From positions 91,390,001 through 91,454,000 of the forward strand of contig NC_087436.1 in NCBI RefSeq assembly GCF_036321535.1: a stretch of DNA of 64,000 bases, given 5' to 3'. The notes beneath the pieces were generated by a model. That model saw only the letters and a list, made by a program, of their open reading frames with translations, ran no database searches and was not told the origin of the DNA. This document shows, one piece after another, positions 1-13,289 of the stretch (position 1 is its first letter; the number at the start of each line of letters is the position of its first letter). This DNA comes from Camelus dromedarius. Its lineage: Eukaryota. Both the position numbers and the translations under genes were made by a program.

Positions 1-1724
1 AATAAATCTCTGACTACTCTCTGAGTTTCTTGTTTTTCTATTATGAAATTAACAGTAATAGGGTTTTTTTCATGATCCCCCCTTTCTTTTTCCCCTCCTC
101 CCTTCTTCCTTTCCTAACTTTATTCCTCCTTTCCTCTTTTGGCCAAAGAATACTTGGTCCTATAATATTCTGTATCCAATGCTGTGCTATTAAAGCAATC
201 ATAAGCTAGGATGTAAAAGTCTTGTCTTTTATGAATCTGCTTTAGTCATTTGCCTTATTGGCTCATTTTGAGTGGAAAGGAGCAACTCCTACATCTCTTC
301 ACTAGGAGGAAGGAGGCTTTTCCTGCCTCATCCTCATATTTTGCTAAGGAACGTCCATCCCACTTCCCAGAGGAGGCAGTATTAAAGAATTTGCAAACCC
401 TTTCTGAATTCCCCTTTTATTCATCCCTACAGGAAGAGGAGTCTCACCAGGCTGGTGCTATGGGAGTAGTGCAGCCTCTGTCTAGAGTGTGAAGGATTCT
501 TGAACTAGAAAAAAATATTAAATTATTATAGTTATACCTTTAATTTGTTTCCTACTTTTTCTCAAGTGTGGCAGTGAATTCACTTTGCTAAATTGACAAG
601 CCTCCTTCTTGCCTTCAGTTTCCCAAAAGACACTGCTGTGGGAGGAAAACGAAGAGGAAGGAAGAATAGCACATTTATATTTATATTTTTCATTCAGTAC
701 ATCCTCTCTGCTCAAATAGATCTTGCCTTCCTGGTGGGTGTTTGCACTGGTTCTTAAAGTTCAGCCTCCTGGGGCTGGCATTAACGACTCTCCCACAAGC
801 CCTGTTTCCCTAAGGCAATGGCAGAGGACTTCAGTGAGACATTAGCATCTGAATAGGTCAGGAGTCCTGATATTTGTGCGCCATGGATTTGTAATATTTA
901 TTCATTTAATTATAAATCAAAAGTGCTGGGCTCTTATCAGCACTTGGAGTTTACATGCCATCCAAAGTTTCCTGTCTGAAAACAGATACCATATTCAAGC
1001 AATAAAGATATATATATACACACACACATATATTTATATAATAAGCTTAAATGAAAGACATAAAATTGGCATAAGATATAACAAGCATAAAAGATATATC
1101 TATATCTATATGCATATAGATATATCCATAGCTATATCTTTTTATAGGAATGCAATGAAGAACTTATAACTTTGCTCTGTAGAGGTCAAATCCATGATTT
1201 TACAGAGTGCTTGCCCATATGTAACCTCCTTTTCTTGTCATATATTTATGCCAAAAAATCTATTGTCCTTGAATCTACACCCTATTATTCTATCTATATG
1301 CTTTTCACCAACCTATCTGCTCCTTTCACAAGCTGTCACAATGCAAGGTGATTGTCACTTGAAGTCCCTAGGTACTGAATTGAAACATGCAGGAGACAAC
1401 AAGGAGAGAGAGTCATTTCTCTCTGGATATCACTACTCTATTGTCATCACTCTCGATGGCTCTGAGGGCTGTTCCTTGTCACATAGGGTCGCATATGGAA
1501 TCTGCAATGAAGAAATAGAAATAAGAAACATGAATGACCTCTTTTGCCAAAAGAAGGGAAAATAAATTAAACAAGGGCTAAATGATATACCCCCACTGCA
1601 TTTATTCATGGTAAATGTTCATTGAAAACTTACTACATGCAAGGCACTCTAACGTGTGCAACTTGAGGAAAACTTGGTACCTGTGCATTAGGCAATTTGT
1701 GTAAGAAAAGGGAACGTATTTTAG

Positions 1725-1875
1725 ATCCTACCCTCTTCCATGTATAACTTTGGGCATTATGCTAATCTCTAGGAGTCTCTGTCTCACGTTTATAGCATGA
1801 AAGTGTTGACATTTGGTCTGCTTACCACAGGATAATTGGGAGATTCAAACAAAACAATGTAAATGAGAATGCCAA
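1725..1875 (+). mobile_element. MIR SINE fragment (degenerate)
   Basis: MIR-core-like 'tgtataactttgggcattatgctaatctct...tctcacgtttatagcatgaaag...attgggagattcaaac'. Confidence 0.55.
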
Positions 1876-1969
1876 TAGAACCTGTAGTCCTTAATTGAAG
1901 GCAAGGATGCTTCATAAATGTTTCTGTGACCGAAGAAACTATATAAAGGAACATGAATTTAAGGAAGTC

Positions 1970-2665
1970 AGCTTAGTGAGATGGTTAGGACCAGAGATTC
2001 TGAGTTTGAAGCTTCGATTTGCCATGAGCTAGCTGTGTAACATTGAACAATTTATTTAGGCACCTCATCTTCCTCACCTGTAAAGGGGGAATGGAATTAC
2101 ATATTAATATTATGGGAAGTGTATCTTCGGCTGTAAAACAAACCTCTCCAAACTTAGTGGCTGGAATCAGCTTGGTGATGCTCCTGCTCTTCTTGCTTGG
2201 GTCCTCATGTGGCTAGTCGTTTGTGATTTCACCAGGGATATTTGGTCTAAGAACCTCATCGATGTGCTAGTCATTGGCTGGAATGTCTATCAACGTGGTT
2301 AGTGGTTACTTGTCCTCTAAGAGGCTAGTGTCCCTTTACCTGGCAATCTCAGGGCAGCAAGAAAGCCAGAGCAAAAGCTGTAAGACTTCTTTCAGCATAA
2401 ACTCTCAACTCACGAAATGTCACCTCTGATGCATTCTATTGTCAAAACAAATCACAAAGGGCAACATGGATTTGAGGGGATGGAGAAATACATTTGGGAG
2501 GAATGACAAAGTCACATTACAAACAGCTGTGCAAACACAGATGGGAGGAACTGTGGCTATATTTTGCCATCTCCCACAAGGATTAAATGAGATAATATTT
2601 GCAAAGTGCTTGGAGCAGAGCTTGGAACAGAGTATGCACTAGATACATGTTTATTGAATAAATTA
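1970..2665 (+). mobile_element. MIR split by a MaLR LTR (MIR 5' part ~1970-2100, 3' part ~2580-2665)
   Basis: 'agctgtgtaacattgaacaa...catcttcctcacctgtaaagggg', then resumes 'ggattaaatgagataatatttgcaaagtgcttggagcagagcttgg'. Confidence 0.7.
2102..2579 (-). mobile_element. MaLR solo LTR (MLT1H/J-like)
   Basis: 'ctccaaacttagtggct', 'tgtcacctctgatgcattctattgtcaaaacaaatcacaaagg', ends 'ttttgccatctcccaca'. Confidence 0.7.
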
Positions 2666-3140
2666 TTAATACACTTGGCTGGAGAATCTATAGTATTTAC
2701 AATTTCCTATGAAATAGAATTCTATAAAAAGTGTCATGTGTGTGCTGGCACAAGGGAGGGCTTTAAAAAAAAATGAGGTGGAGAGCATTTCTATTTGATG
2801 AACAGAAAAATTTAAAAGAGAAATTTGCCATTTGAGAATGGCCTTGGAGGAAAGATAAAAGTAAATTGGCAAACCAGGTTATATGCAGAATCCTCCCTCT
2901 TCTAAGGTAGAATCTCAGTTATTTTACTATCTTTAGCAATATGCCCACATAATTCTTCCTCTAAAGGTAAAATATCAGGTTTTAGAGGAGAGGTCATCAT
3001 GCAAGTTAACACGGTTGCTTTGACTGAGAAATTTTAGATGTTCCTCCTTGCCCTTTTCTAATGCAGAATAAATTGCTCCAATTCCTTTGAGCTGTTTTTC
3101 ATTTGGCTTATTTTTTCTTCCTACTTAAGCTGGTGAGAAA

Positions 3141-3365
3141 AATAATAATAACTCATATTTATTCAACATGTGTCAGGCACTGTTCTAAGCACACTACATC
3201 TATTAATTAGGTTAATCTTCAACCCTATGAGTTCAGCACTTAACCCTAGATGAGAAAATTGAAACACAGAGAGATGAAATAACATGCCCCAAGACACACA
3301 CCTAAAATGTGCTATTGACATGACTCGACCATAGACAATCTGACCCCAGACCCCATGGCCTTGTC
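3141..3365 (-). mobile_element. MIR SINE
   Basis: 'tgtgtcaggcactgttctaagcac...agatgagaaaattgaaacacagagagatgaaataacatgccccaagacacaca'. Confidence 0.8.
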
Positions 3366-3875
3366 AATGTCATGCTGGACTTTCTGTCTGCATGCACTTC
3401 CTTCATGATATAAGAGATTCAAGGCTGCATGTTCTCAGTTTATACTTTTTTAAATAAAATGAAATTTCTAAGCATCACACGAATCTGAAAATCTATAAGA
3501 ATTCTATACCAGTGAATCACAGAATATGGAACTATGGAATATTATGGATGGACGAGATCATGACGCTCAAGGTCTGATTCGGCTACCCCTTTCTGTAGTT
3601 AAGGAAATGAATAATATTTCATTTATGCTACATTGTGAACCACAGAAACTGGCTAAATGCCAAAAAGTGTTCCTCTCTCTGCGTATGTCCCTACATGAAC
3701 TTAGAATCTGGGCATCTGGAAGCTGGAAGGGATTTAATGGTTGCATTTTGTTCACTATTTATAGACCCGTTAGGTCACTTCAAATTCTAATGCTTTGCTG
3801 TGAAGCTCAATTTCCCCAACTTGACTGTTTTTCCTGATTCTAAAAATAATACAGTTCATTTAAAAGTTGCATACT

Positions 3876-4083
3876 ACCAAGTGTAGAATAGATAAACAAG
3901 ATTATACTATAGAGCACAGGGAAATATATGCAAGATCTTGTGGTAGCTCACAGTGAAAAAAAAATGTGACAATGAATATATGTATGTTCATGTATACCTG
4001 AAAAATTGTGCTCTACACTGGAATTTGGCACAACATTGTAAAATGACTATAAATCAATGAAAAAATGTAAAAAAATTTTTTTA
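3876..4083 (+). mobile_element. 5'-truncated L1 3' end (artiodactyl/camelid-type) with 14-bp TSD
   Basis: 'gataaacaagattatactatagagcacagggaaatat...acaacattgtaaaatgactataaatcaat' plus A-rich tail; perfect TSD aaaagttgcatact at 3862-3875 and 4084-4097; TT/AAAA endonuclease site. Confidence 0.9.
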
Positions 4084-5079
4084 AAAAGTTGCATACTTTT
4101 ATATATAAATACATGAAAGCCCATAAATGCCAAAATTACATGAAAAATAAGATTACACATAATCCACTGTCTAGAGCTAATAGTTATTAACACATTGGTC
4201 TATTTTTTCATGTCTTCTGTCTGAATTTTTCTTTTAACAAAATAACCCTCAGACTAAGATCCTACTTTTCTATTGAACCTACTGCTGATGTTTTCTAAAG
4301 TCATTAAATATTTTGAAGACAAAGTTTGTAGTAGTTACATAGTATTTCCCTTGATGAATGTAGCACCATCGTGTACTGCCTTCATTTAATTACTCAGCTT
4401 GCTATATATTTTCCGTGATCACAGTTTGAGTGTGATATCCTATTTCCCTCCACAATTTAGAGTCAGTGCAGATGTCACAATTTCTATTAAATCTCAAGTT
4501 TAGATGCAGCTCAGGACACCTTGATTGGGCGTTCAGAAATCAGAAAAGGAATGATTGTAAAGCTTCAGAAACACACATGAGACAAGCAAAAGGTGGTATT
4601 TTACATTTCAGCCTAGAGGTGAAATAACCTTTTAAGATGTAAATTTTTGGTCAAAATGAGGTGTTATTTTCTATATAAAAGTGTCATCAAAATTTCTGTG
4701 CATTTGTCATGTCAAATGAAGTGAAGGTAATGAAATATTGGACAAAGCTAGACTTGGATTTCAAACCAGCTTCTTCATATCATCACTCTGTGTTCTACTC
4801 AGGCTTTCTAGGAGAGAGAGTATACTTTTTATGTATAATAGTCACTGTTCTCTTCTTAATGAATTAAACTTACTTTTTCCTTTTTTCGTCAATGCTGTTT
4901 GGAAGTTTTAGCATTTAGGCATTATATTGGGTGTCACTAACTAATTAGCTTTCTCCAAATGGCCATTTATAAATCACCTTCTAGTTACCATGTTTCAGAG
5001 TATCAAGCATTGTTGACTTCTGGATTCCCCTATCCAGAATGATTAGAAAGAGATCAATAAGTTTTGTTATTTGATGGCT

Positions 5080-5420
5080 CTAGACCAGGGACTACTTTTA
5101 GCTGTTGAAGGTGTCCTTTGCATCCTTGCCATGTGGCCCCTTCCACAATCCCTCTCACGACCTGGCAGTTTACTTTTTCAAGGCAAGTAAGAGAGCACAT
5201 GAGCCTCCCATCAAAGAGCTCACCTGCAAAGCCCAGGAGACTCTCCTTTTGAGTAACTCAAAATCAACTGCTTAGAGCCTTGATTACATCTAAGCAGGTC
5301 CTTCAGTTTTCCCAGGTGAAGTAGGATATCCCATGGTCCTCACATACCTCACCCACACTCAAGGGGAGGGGACTGTACAAGGGCGAGAGCCATCAGGATC
5401 CAGCTTAGAATTTTAACAAT
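5080..5420 (-). mobile_element. MaLR LTR fragment (MLT1D/E/F-like)
   Basis: 'ccttgccatgtggcccc', 'taactcaaaatcaactg', 'cccacactcaaggggagggga', 'cttagaatt'. Confidence 0.75.
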
Positions 5421-5554
5421 ATCCTTCTCAACCCTTTCCTATTTCTCTATCCTAGCCTCACTCATCTTTGACCTTGACTAAATATTGGACATAAATTTGA
5501 TCCGTGGTTGCTGCTAACATATTTTAATGGCATAAGAGAAAAGGATACACACAT

Positions 5555-6320
5555 AATTTTGAGTAATTCCTAGGCTTAAATCTTGCCTCCACTATTTGTC
5601 GACTGTGAGTTGGTCACCAGTTGTGGGTTCTGGCCAGCAGAAGTCCCACCGAGATGGAATGAATTACTCAAGACTCTGTGGAAAAGTCAAGAGACTGAGA
5701 GGGAGTCAGGAGCCGACTCCATGAGCCTCTCAAATCTCTCATATTTACTGAGTACAGTCAAAGGAGGAATGCAGGATTTTAGGGAAGGATAGGGTGGGAT
5801 CACAATGAGTACAAAGGCTTTGTTTATTGTTGGTGTTTGGCTCAAGGTCAGAAGACCCTTTTTGGTAAATCATATTTGTGTTGAGCCTTTCAGCTTATCA
5901 GGGCGGAACGTATGAGAATCAGCTGCTTAACAAGATTTTTCTTGGACTCAGGCTGTGCCTGTCTTAGGTTGCCCCCTCAGGGGATCTTACCCATTATTGG
6001 CTAACCAGCCTTCTCACCTCTGAATCTGCAGCTTTTTACCATTCCAGCCCAAGGCTGTTTTGGGGATGGAAGACTAACAGCAGGCACGCCCAGCTTTTAT
6101 AGCCAGGGGCCTGGGTCATTGCTAAAACCTTAAGGCAGTTACTAAGCACATCTTCCTTTAAGAGGTAAGTGGCTGGGATCTGTTACAATTTGTTAACCCA
6201 ATCACGGCTCCCATAGTTGACTACAGGGATAAGTTTTTATCCTCTCTCAGACTTGCATTTCTTCTCTAAAAATGGGGAAAATAACATTACCTTCGTGGGC
6301 TGTTGGGAGGAATATAGGCA
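5555..6320 (+). mobile_element. MIR split by an ERV LTR
   Basis: 5' part 'cctaggcttaaatcttgcctccactatttgtcgactgtga'; 3' part 'ataagtttttatcctctctcagacttgcatttcttctctaaaatggggaaaataac'. Confidence 0.65.
5624..6213 (-). mobile_element. Solo ERV LTR (~590 bp, probably lineage-specific)
   Basis: TGGG...CCCA termini; flanks cagttg (5618-5623) / tagttg (6214-6219); minus-strand TATAAAA at 6095-6101 and AATAAA at 5823-5828; interrupts a MIR. Confidence 0.75.
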
Positions 6321-8024
6321 AAAAAATGGAGTATCTGTTATATACGCAGTACCTGAATTATTGCTATTATTAGCAGTGTTATTATCATTATGCTTTTACT
6401 GTGTCATACATGAGTACGTTACTTTATTAGTCTGTGATAGCAATGCTTACCTTATAACATAAATCTTAGAGGACAAGGGTTGGGTATCTGTTAGTTCTGC
6501 TTGTATACAATTTTGACTATGAGAATTGATATTTTCTTTAACTTAGACTTAAAGTATTAACCAGCTAAATCAGTGGTTCTCAACCTGCTTTATTTCTGAA
6601 AGCACGTAACTGATGACATTCACAAATTGAACATATTTTCCTGGATGCACTTAGGATTATAAGCAACTCTGGGTACAATGCCTGCAACTTCAAAACTTTC
6701 TCTCCTACTCTGAATTTGCATTGCAGAAAGCAAATACGTGCGAATGTTATTACTGTTGGGCTACTTGGAATCCATGCTTAATTAATGCAAAAATAGTAAA
6801 ATGGTAAAATACCAGTGTTATTCCTTATGAGTGATCTGGAGACATTCTTGTGGTGGAGGTCTGTCAAGCTAAAAGATCAATTTCAGGGAACAAAATGTTC
6901 TATTTTGTGATCTGTTGCTTCAAATTAATGAGGATTTACTTTATTTGTATTTTAGAGCTAACGGCTACCCAAAGGCTAAATGCCCCAGCAGGAAAGAATA
7001 GTTAGTAAATTCATTCACTATCTGTTTACATTTTAATAATGAGTAAGGCTCTCTGCTTTTATCACAAGTGTAGGTTAAGAGAGAATTGTTCATTTAGGCT
7101 GAGTTTGGCTTCCTACTGTGAAATGCAAGATTTGTGAAATTTCAAGAGTTTCCTGTATTATTAAACCAATGAGCCAGGGAGAGTCTATTCCCCAAACAAT
7201 TAGCTTTCCAAATGAAGTATAGAAAGAAAGGCAATCCATGAATTCATTACTTGTTCTTCCTGGGTGCAGACATTTGCCGGCATTAAGGCTCTTTGAGTTG
7301 TGACATATGAGGTGTGATTCAAAAGGAAGAGACTGATTGCTACTAGTCACCCAGGTAATCAGTCACAGCCCTTTAGAGTGATGCCCTCGTGTTCATTTCT
7401 CTTTATGGGGGAACACATTTTACCTCGAGAGGAGGAAACTGTGGACTCAGTGGATTTTTTTGTCTCTACCATTCTTGACAAGTTATACCTTGAGAATTTG
7501 GAGTTCTCAATTATCAATATCTTTTATTAGCCATTGCTTGAGATATTTTATAGGAACATCCAGATGTCACCCAAATGAAAACTGGCAGTCTCTCAAATAG
7601 TGCAATTCTATTTTAGTGGCTGTAAAGCAGAACCTACCGCTACAATCACAGTCCATTCTGTTGCTTGCTCCATTTGTTACACATAGCAGACCTGCTTTCA
7701 GATTACATTTACAACCTCAGCCAGAAAAATTAACTTGGATAAAGAAGATGGAACACTTTTGCCAACTTAAAATTAATTAAATAACGACAGCTAAAAATGT
7801 TTATAAAATGTTCAATATAATACAACTGCTGCATAGGACACAGGATTTGAAGTCCTAGGTGAAGATGCTGTATCTGTCACTTCTTCAGAAGTTGATTTTT
7901 AAATCATTAAATGTTTTTGAGTCTTATCCCATAGAGTTGAGACAGGAATCCAATCTGAGCATTAATGTTATAAGGTAAATGAAAGAACTTGCCAAAGTTT
8001 CTGGCACATGGAAATGCACAAAGG

Positions 8025-8290
8025 AAAGTAGTGAAGTTGTCACACACATAGACTCTGGAATCGGATTACTTGGATTCAAGACCCAGCTCTGTCGCTTACG
8101 GGATATGATCTTGGTCACAGTGTCACAATGCTTTGATTTTTCTTCCTCAGTTACCTATCTATAAAGAGGGAACAATGATAATAAATACTCCATAGTCAAG
8201 GCTAAATAAGTTAATATATGGAAATCAGTTAAAACAATGTCTGGAACATTGTATTAACCACATAGGTGATTCCTATTCATATTATTAATA
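8025..8290 (+). mobile_element. Near full-length MIR
   Basis: 'agactctggaatcggattacttggattcaagacccagctctgtcgctta...cctcagttacctatctataaa...taaataagttaatatatggaaa'. Confidence 0.8.
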
Positions 8291-8659
8291 TTGTTATTTT
8301 TATTATCATCATTATTAAATAAAATTTTCAACATATTTATTCCCTAAGTCAACCAAACACTAAGTCATAATAATGAAACTCTGGTTTTTGTTTTTTTTTC
8401 TTATAATATCTCATAATGCCTGGCTCTTCTTAAGCAATTAAGCACCATCTGGAAAAATTACTCAAAGAAGAAAATTCTTAATATCTTCACATTGTTTAGG
8501 ACTGCCCATTCTCTTTTATTCTTGGTTACCCCAAATAGTCTTTTTGAAATAATAAACTCCAAATCAGTGGAGAAAACATTTGGGAAACTTCTAATGCATA
8601 GATTTGCAAACATATATGTGCACTTATGCATGCTTATGTGTTGAGAGCTTGAGAGATAT

Positions 8660-8830
8660 CTTGTTTAATTATCCATTTACATTTGAATCCTATAAAAATT
8701 CCATGAAGTAGGCAGTATAATTTCCAGGATACAGGACACAGAAAGAAAACAAAACAAAGCAGCAGTTCAAAGAGTTGAAAGACTTTCTAAAAGTCACACA
8801 GCAAGATGAGTATTCGAAGCCATTCTGCCA
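8660..8830 (-). mobile_element. MIR fragment
   Basis: 'tttgaatcctataaaaattccatgaagtaggcagta', 'agagttgaaagactttctaaaagtcacacagc'. Confidence 0.6.
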
Positions 8831-10156
8831 GAGTTGTAAACAGACCTGATAGTTGATACGCACCAGAAGGGTTATTTCATTTGCTTAGAACTAGAGCCAT
8901 CTGTGACTGGTTGTTAGCTGCCCAAGCCGACTGGCCAGTGTTCACGTTGGACCTATTAATAATGGTTCCTATACCCTGCTTTTGGTCAGTGGATGGTGCT
9001 GCTGAAGTTTTTTGGAATGCTTAGTGTTGACCCCTGAGGGAATTTTCAACAATCATCTGCACATTTTTCGTAAACTTCTAAAATGAGATTGCTGTAAGTT
9101 CTGAGATTTTGGGATCAGCCATTCCTATCAAATTTTTCAGGAATCAGATTGAAGAATCCCCAAAATTCTGTACCTGAATTCTCTGAACAGGAAGCCAAAG
9201 GATTTACAGAAATGTTGGAAGCAAAAGAGTTAGACAAATTAGCTCCATGATTATTCACCGTGAATTTGACATTCAAAACCTGTCATGACCTGAATTCTAA
9301 CATAATAGTGATTCCCCAGCAAGCAGACTTAAAAATAATTATAATTTATTTGTAGTGCAGGTGTCTAATTTCCAGATAAGCACAATGAACCAAGTGTTGG
9401 CAAACACAGAATGTTTAAAACTTCCAGTTTCTCATCTTGAATTTTTATAAAAATTAATCATGTAAACTAAACTCATTTCCAAGATAAATAGTGTAGCTGA
9501 GATTTGAGGATTCAAAACAACACAAAACCCAACAATAACCTATTTTCTACACGCACCAGGTTGAAGTCTCCTAAGCAGGCTTCCAAAAAAAAAAAAAAAA
9601 TCAGTTGATAAATACAACAGCAGTCTTTTTGGGTGTGTGGGTGTGCATGTTTTCAGGCATTTATTCAGATTTCAGTGGTCTGGGAAAGTCAAAAAGTCTA
9701 AGGCCCAAGAAATGAATAATCAAAATAACATTTTCAATTCAGCATTCTTGAAGCTAATTTCTTTCATAAAATATCAAGGGTTAGAGTTTAAACACAACTA
9801 GGTACAACTTGTATGTCTCTAACTTTCAACATAATGCTCAAGCATAACAAACTACTCTATGATTCTACGTCTGAGGGTTAGGTCTAAGTCACAAGTTAAG
9901 ACATCCTTTGGTGAGGTGGCAACAGATTGTGTTTTAACAATATTCTATTTGGTGGACGAGGCTAGCAGTGGATGTGAAAAGTCTCCTAGGACATGAATGG
10001 TGACTGAACATCCAAATCCAATGCATTCTGTTTGTTAATCTACTCTTTCATGTTTTCTCCTTACGCTTCCACCAGTAGACACTCCTTCACAATATCTGTA
10101 TTTAATTCAGAGTCAGTTAACTTTCAGATTCATGATATTGAGTATGAATTAATGGA

Positions 10157-10577
10157 TGTCATGGGCTGAACTGTATCTCCCCACCAGCTGTCTCCCAAAT
10201 TCATACGTTGGAGTTTCTAATTTCCAGTACCTCAGACTGTGACCATATTTGAGATAGGATCTTAACAGAGGTCATTAAGTTAAAATGAGGTAAGTAGTGT
10301 GGGACCTAATCTAATGTATGTATCTTTATAAGAAGAGGGAGTTTGGATATAGACAGAGACAGAAAGAAGATGATATAAAAACACAGGGAAAAGATGGCCA
10401 CCTGAAAAAGCCAAGGGCAGAGGCCTGAAACAGATTCTTCTTTCAGAAGAAACCAACCCTGCTTACACCTTGATCTTGGACTTCTGGTCTATAGAACTAT
10501 GAGAAAACAAATTTCTGTTGTGTAAGCCATGTAGTGTGTGGTAATTATTTTTATGGCCATTCTAGCAAACTAACACA
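10157..10577 (+). mobile_element. Full-length MaLR solo LTR (MLT1B-like)
   Basis: TG...CA termini; 'cagtacctcagactgtgaccatatttgagatagg', 'accttgatcttggacttct', 'ctagcaaactaacaca'; 5-bp TSD atgga/atggc. Confidence 0.9.
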
Positions 10578-10764
10578 ATGGCTTGGTCTCATACATTTTC
10601 TAATGTTTATAAATGTTATAAAAGAAACTTGGAATGCATATTTAATCTCATTTAAAGTAAAGCTCATCTTCTGTATGTAGTATATATAAAATCTAAAGTT
10701 AAAAAATTGAATTGAAAACAAATGCTGTTGATCGAAGAGAATCTAATGACCTTTGCCACCTGCA

Positions 10765-11740
10765 TGGTATGTCAGATAATAATGAGTGTTACAGAGAGAA
10801 ACAAAGCAGGGAAGTGGACAAGGAAATGTTAGGGGAGAAGTTGTAATTTTAAATTCAGAGTAGGGAAAGCTTCATTGAAAAGGTAACGTGAAAAAGGTGA
10901 GGACATCAGTCAAGCGGAAATCTGAGGGAAGAGTGTTCTAAGAAGAATGAAACCATTAAGAGTATGCATGAAGTGTATATGGTAAAGTATCCAGCGCAGG
11001 TCTAGGGAAGAATTATATATATAATGGTATGTATATAGTAAGGGAAGAGACATAAAAAGGTGAAGGATCTTTTGAGAGCCTTGTATTTCATTGCAAAATT
11101 TATGCACTTATTCTATGTAAGATAAGATCCCACCAGAAAGTTAAAAGCAGAAGAGAGATACAACTGCATTGATATTAAAGGGATCTATCACTTTCACCAT
11201 ATATTTGAAAACAGACTTAAAAGGGCAAGAGTGAGAGCAGAAGGCCTGGCGAGGGGTGAATGAGGCAAGGACCAGGGTAGTAACATAAATAATCAATTCT
11301 GATATCTTTTGAAGGAGCCAACATTGTTTTTATAGTGTGTGAGAAGGAGAGGAGTCAAGATGACTCATGTTTATGACATGAGAAAATGAAATGATGGAGT
11401 TGTTACTGGGGATGAAGAACACTGGAGATAGAGAAGTCTCAGGAAGAAATTCAAGAGCTCAATTTTGATGGATTTAATATAAAATAAATATAATACAAAT
11501 AAATATAAATATGAACCTGAAATTTAAACAAGAGAATTGATTAAAGGACAAATCAGCATGTATACTGTATTTAAGGCCTTAAAACCAATGATTTGTCTAG
11601 AAAGTCCATGAAGTTAGAAGAGAGAGGAGTTCCAAGGATAAGGACCCAACAAAATTTTCAAGTCAAGTTGAAGAGTTGGAATGAGCAAAGGAGAACTGGA
11701 GAGTGAGCTAAGAGGAGAAACAAGATGAGGGGAACTAGGC
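10765..11740 (-). mobile_element. L2 LINE fragment
   Basis: Purine-rich L2 antisense motifs 'gggaaagcttcattgaaaaggtaac', 'gagaggagtcaagatgactc', 'gaaattcaagagctcaattttg'. Confidence 0.75.
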
Positions 11741-12315
11741 TCCACCTGATAGGAAGTGGAATGTCACCACAGCCAATCAATACTAATTGTATAAAAGAAT
11801 TACATCATTTACCTGCAAGATTATCATACTTTAAATGTTGCTTCTTCTGATATTAGGAACTGTGTCACATTCTTGACCATATTTATCAATAAAATAAATC
11901 TCCTGGGAGCAGGACTCCTATAGTGCATTTATTAATTCCTCTTTATGAAGTTAAGGACAATCGTCCTCCAAATTGCTGCAGATTTTCTGGATTATTCACT
12001 TGAGCAACTAACTAATTAGAAATTGTATCAAATTAATGTGTCTAGGAAGGAAGAACTTTTTATTTTTCAACTGATAAGGTATTTTCACTCTTACAAACAA
12101 AAACATTGTAATTTCTTTTTCACATGTAGAAGCTGAACTGTGTATTTTTTCCTCACATTAATTGTTTACCTGACTGTGTTGTGGCTAAAGGACCTGAGAG
12201 CCTGAAAATCTTCCCTTTCCATTCTCCTTGCAAGGTCTCCTGAGTTTCCTTCCATCTGCCATCCTCATCTTCTCTCAAGTCCTCTTTTGTTGTATGTTGC
12301 CCTCAATCTTATTCA

Positions 12316-12540
12316 TTTTTTAAAAATTTTATTATTGAAGTATAGTTGATTTACAATATTGTGTTAATTTTTGGTATGTAATATAGTGATTAATTTGTGT
12401 GTGTGTGTGTATATATATATATATACATATTCCTTTTCATATTCTTTTTTATTAAAGACCATTACAAGGTATTGAATATAGTTCCCCGTGCTATACAGTA
12501 GAACCTTGTTGTTTACCTATTTATATATAGTAGTTTTGTG
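12316..12540 (-). mobile_element. L1 3' end (artiodactyl-type) with internal (TG)n(TA)n
   Basis: 'ttattgaagtatagttgatttacaatattgtgtta...gaatatagttccccgtgctatacagtag'. Confidence 0.85.
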
Positions 12541-13289
12541 TTTTCACTTTGTCACTGAGTCATTCTCCAGGACTAGCCTGGCTGCAACTGTAGTGGTATC
12601 ATACAAGTAAAAGGAAAAAAGAATGGGACAGCAAATCTAAAAAATAACTAAGAGTTACATTTTTAAATCTTAAAATTAATTAGGAAATTCATGGAGTTCT
12701 AATCAATAGCCACTTAATTCTCTCTATACTAAATTATTTGGTAGACACAATTACCTGAAGCAATTAAGAACCAACTTTTCCCAAGTTACTAGATTGCAAT
12801 AAAAATAGAAAATAGAATTCATATACACTGTTAGTAATTTATTTTTATGCATTTCTGTGGAATTCCTGTAATTTAAAGTGATATTAAAATAAGTACATTG
12901 ATTTTATGCAGAAAGAGAGACTAATTAAGTATAATACCTAATTTTTCCTGGGATAATTTATGGGAGTAATTAATCCATGCTTGAAAAACAAAATCTTAAG
13001 AAGAAAAAAAATCGATTTTTTTATTGAGTCTTCAAATTATTTGGAGAAGCACATTTCCTATGTTCCTTTCAAAGTGGTTTTTGTCTCCTTGCTTTTTTTT
13101 TTTTTTTTTTTTTTGGTGGCAAACAAATTATGTTTTTTCAGAATTTTTCTCAAACATCAACTCGGAGTCTCTTCACAGTACATGAACTGAGCTATGAAAT
13201 AACTATTTCCCTCCAACCCATCTCTAATCAAAATAGCCTTCTTTTCCTATAGCCAGGAAAGAGAATCAGCATGCTCATTCTCTGTCTCT

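Noticed and set aside
250..492. ORF with acceptor-like 'ttttattcatccctacag|gaag'
   Set aside because: Stops shortly after, with no recognisable protein similarity and no convincing donor
5600..5620. Minus-strand 'tggtgacc' next to the LTR, resembling a tRNA-Trp primer-binding site
   Set aside because: Only 8 nt match and no internal proviral sequence follows
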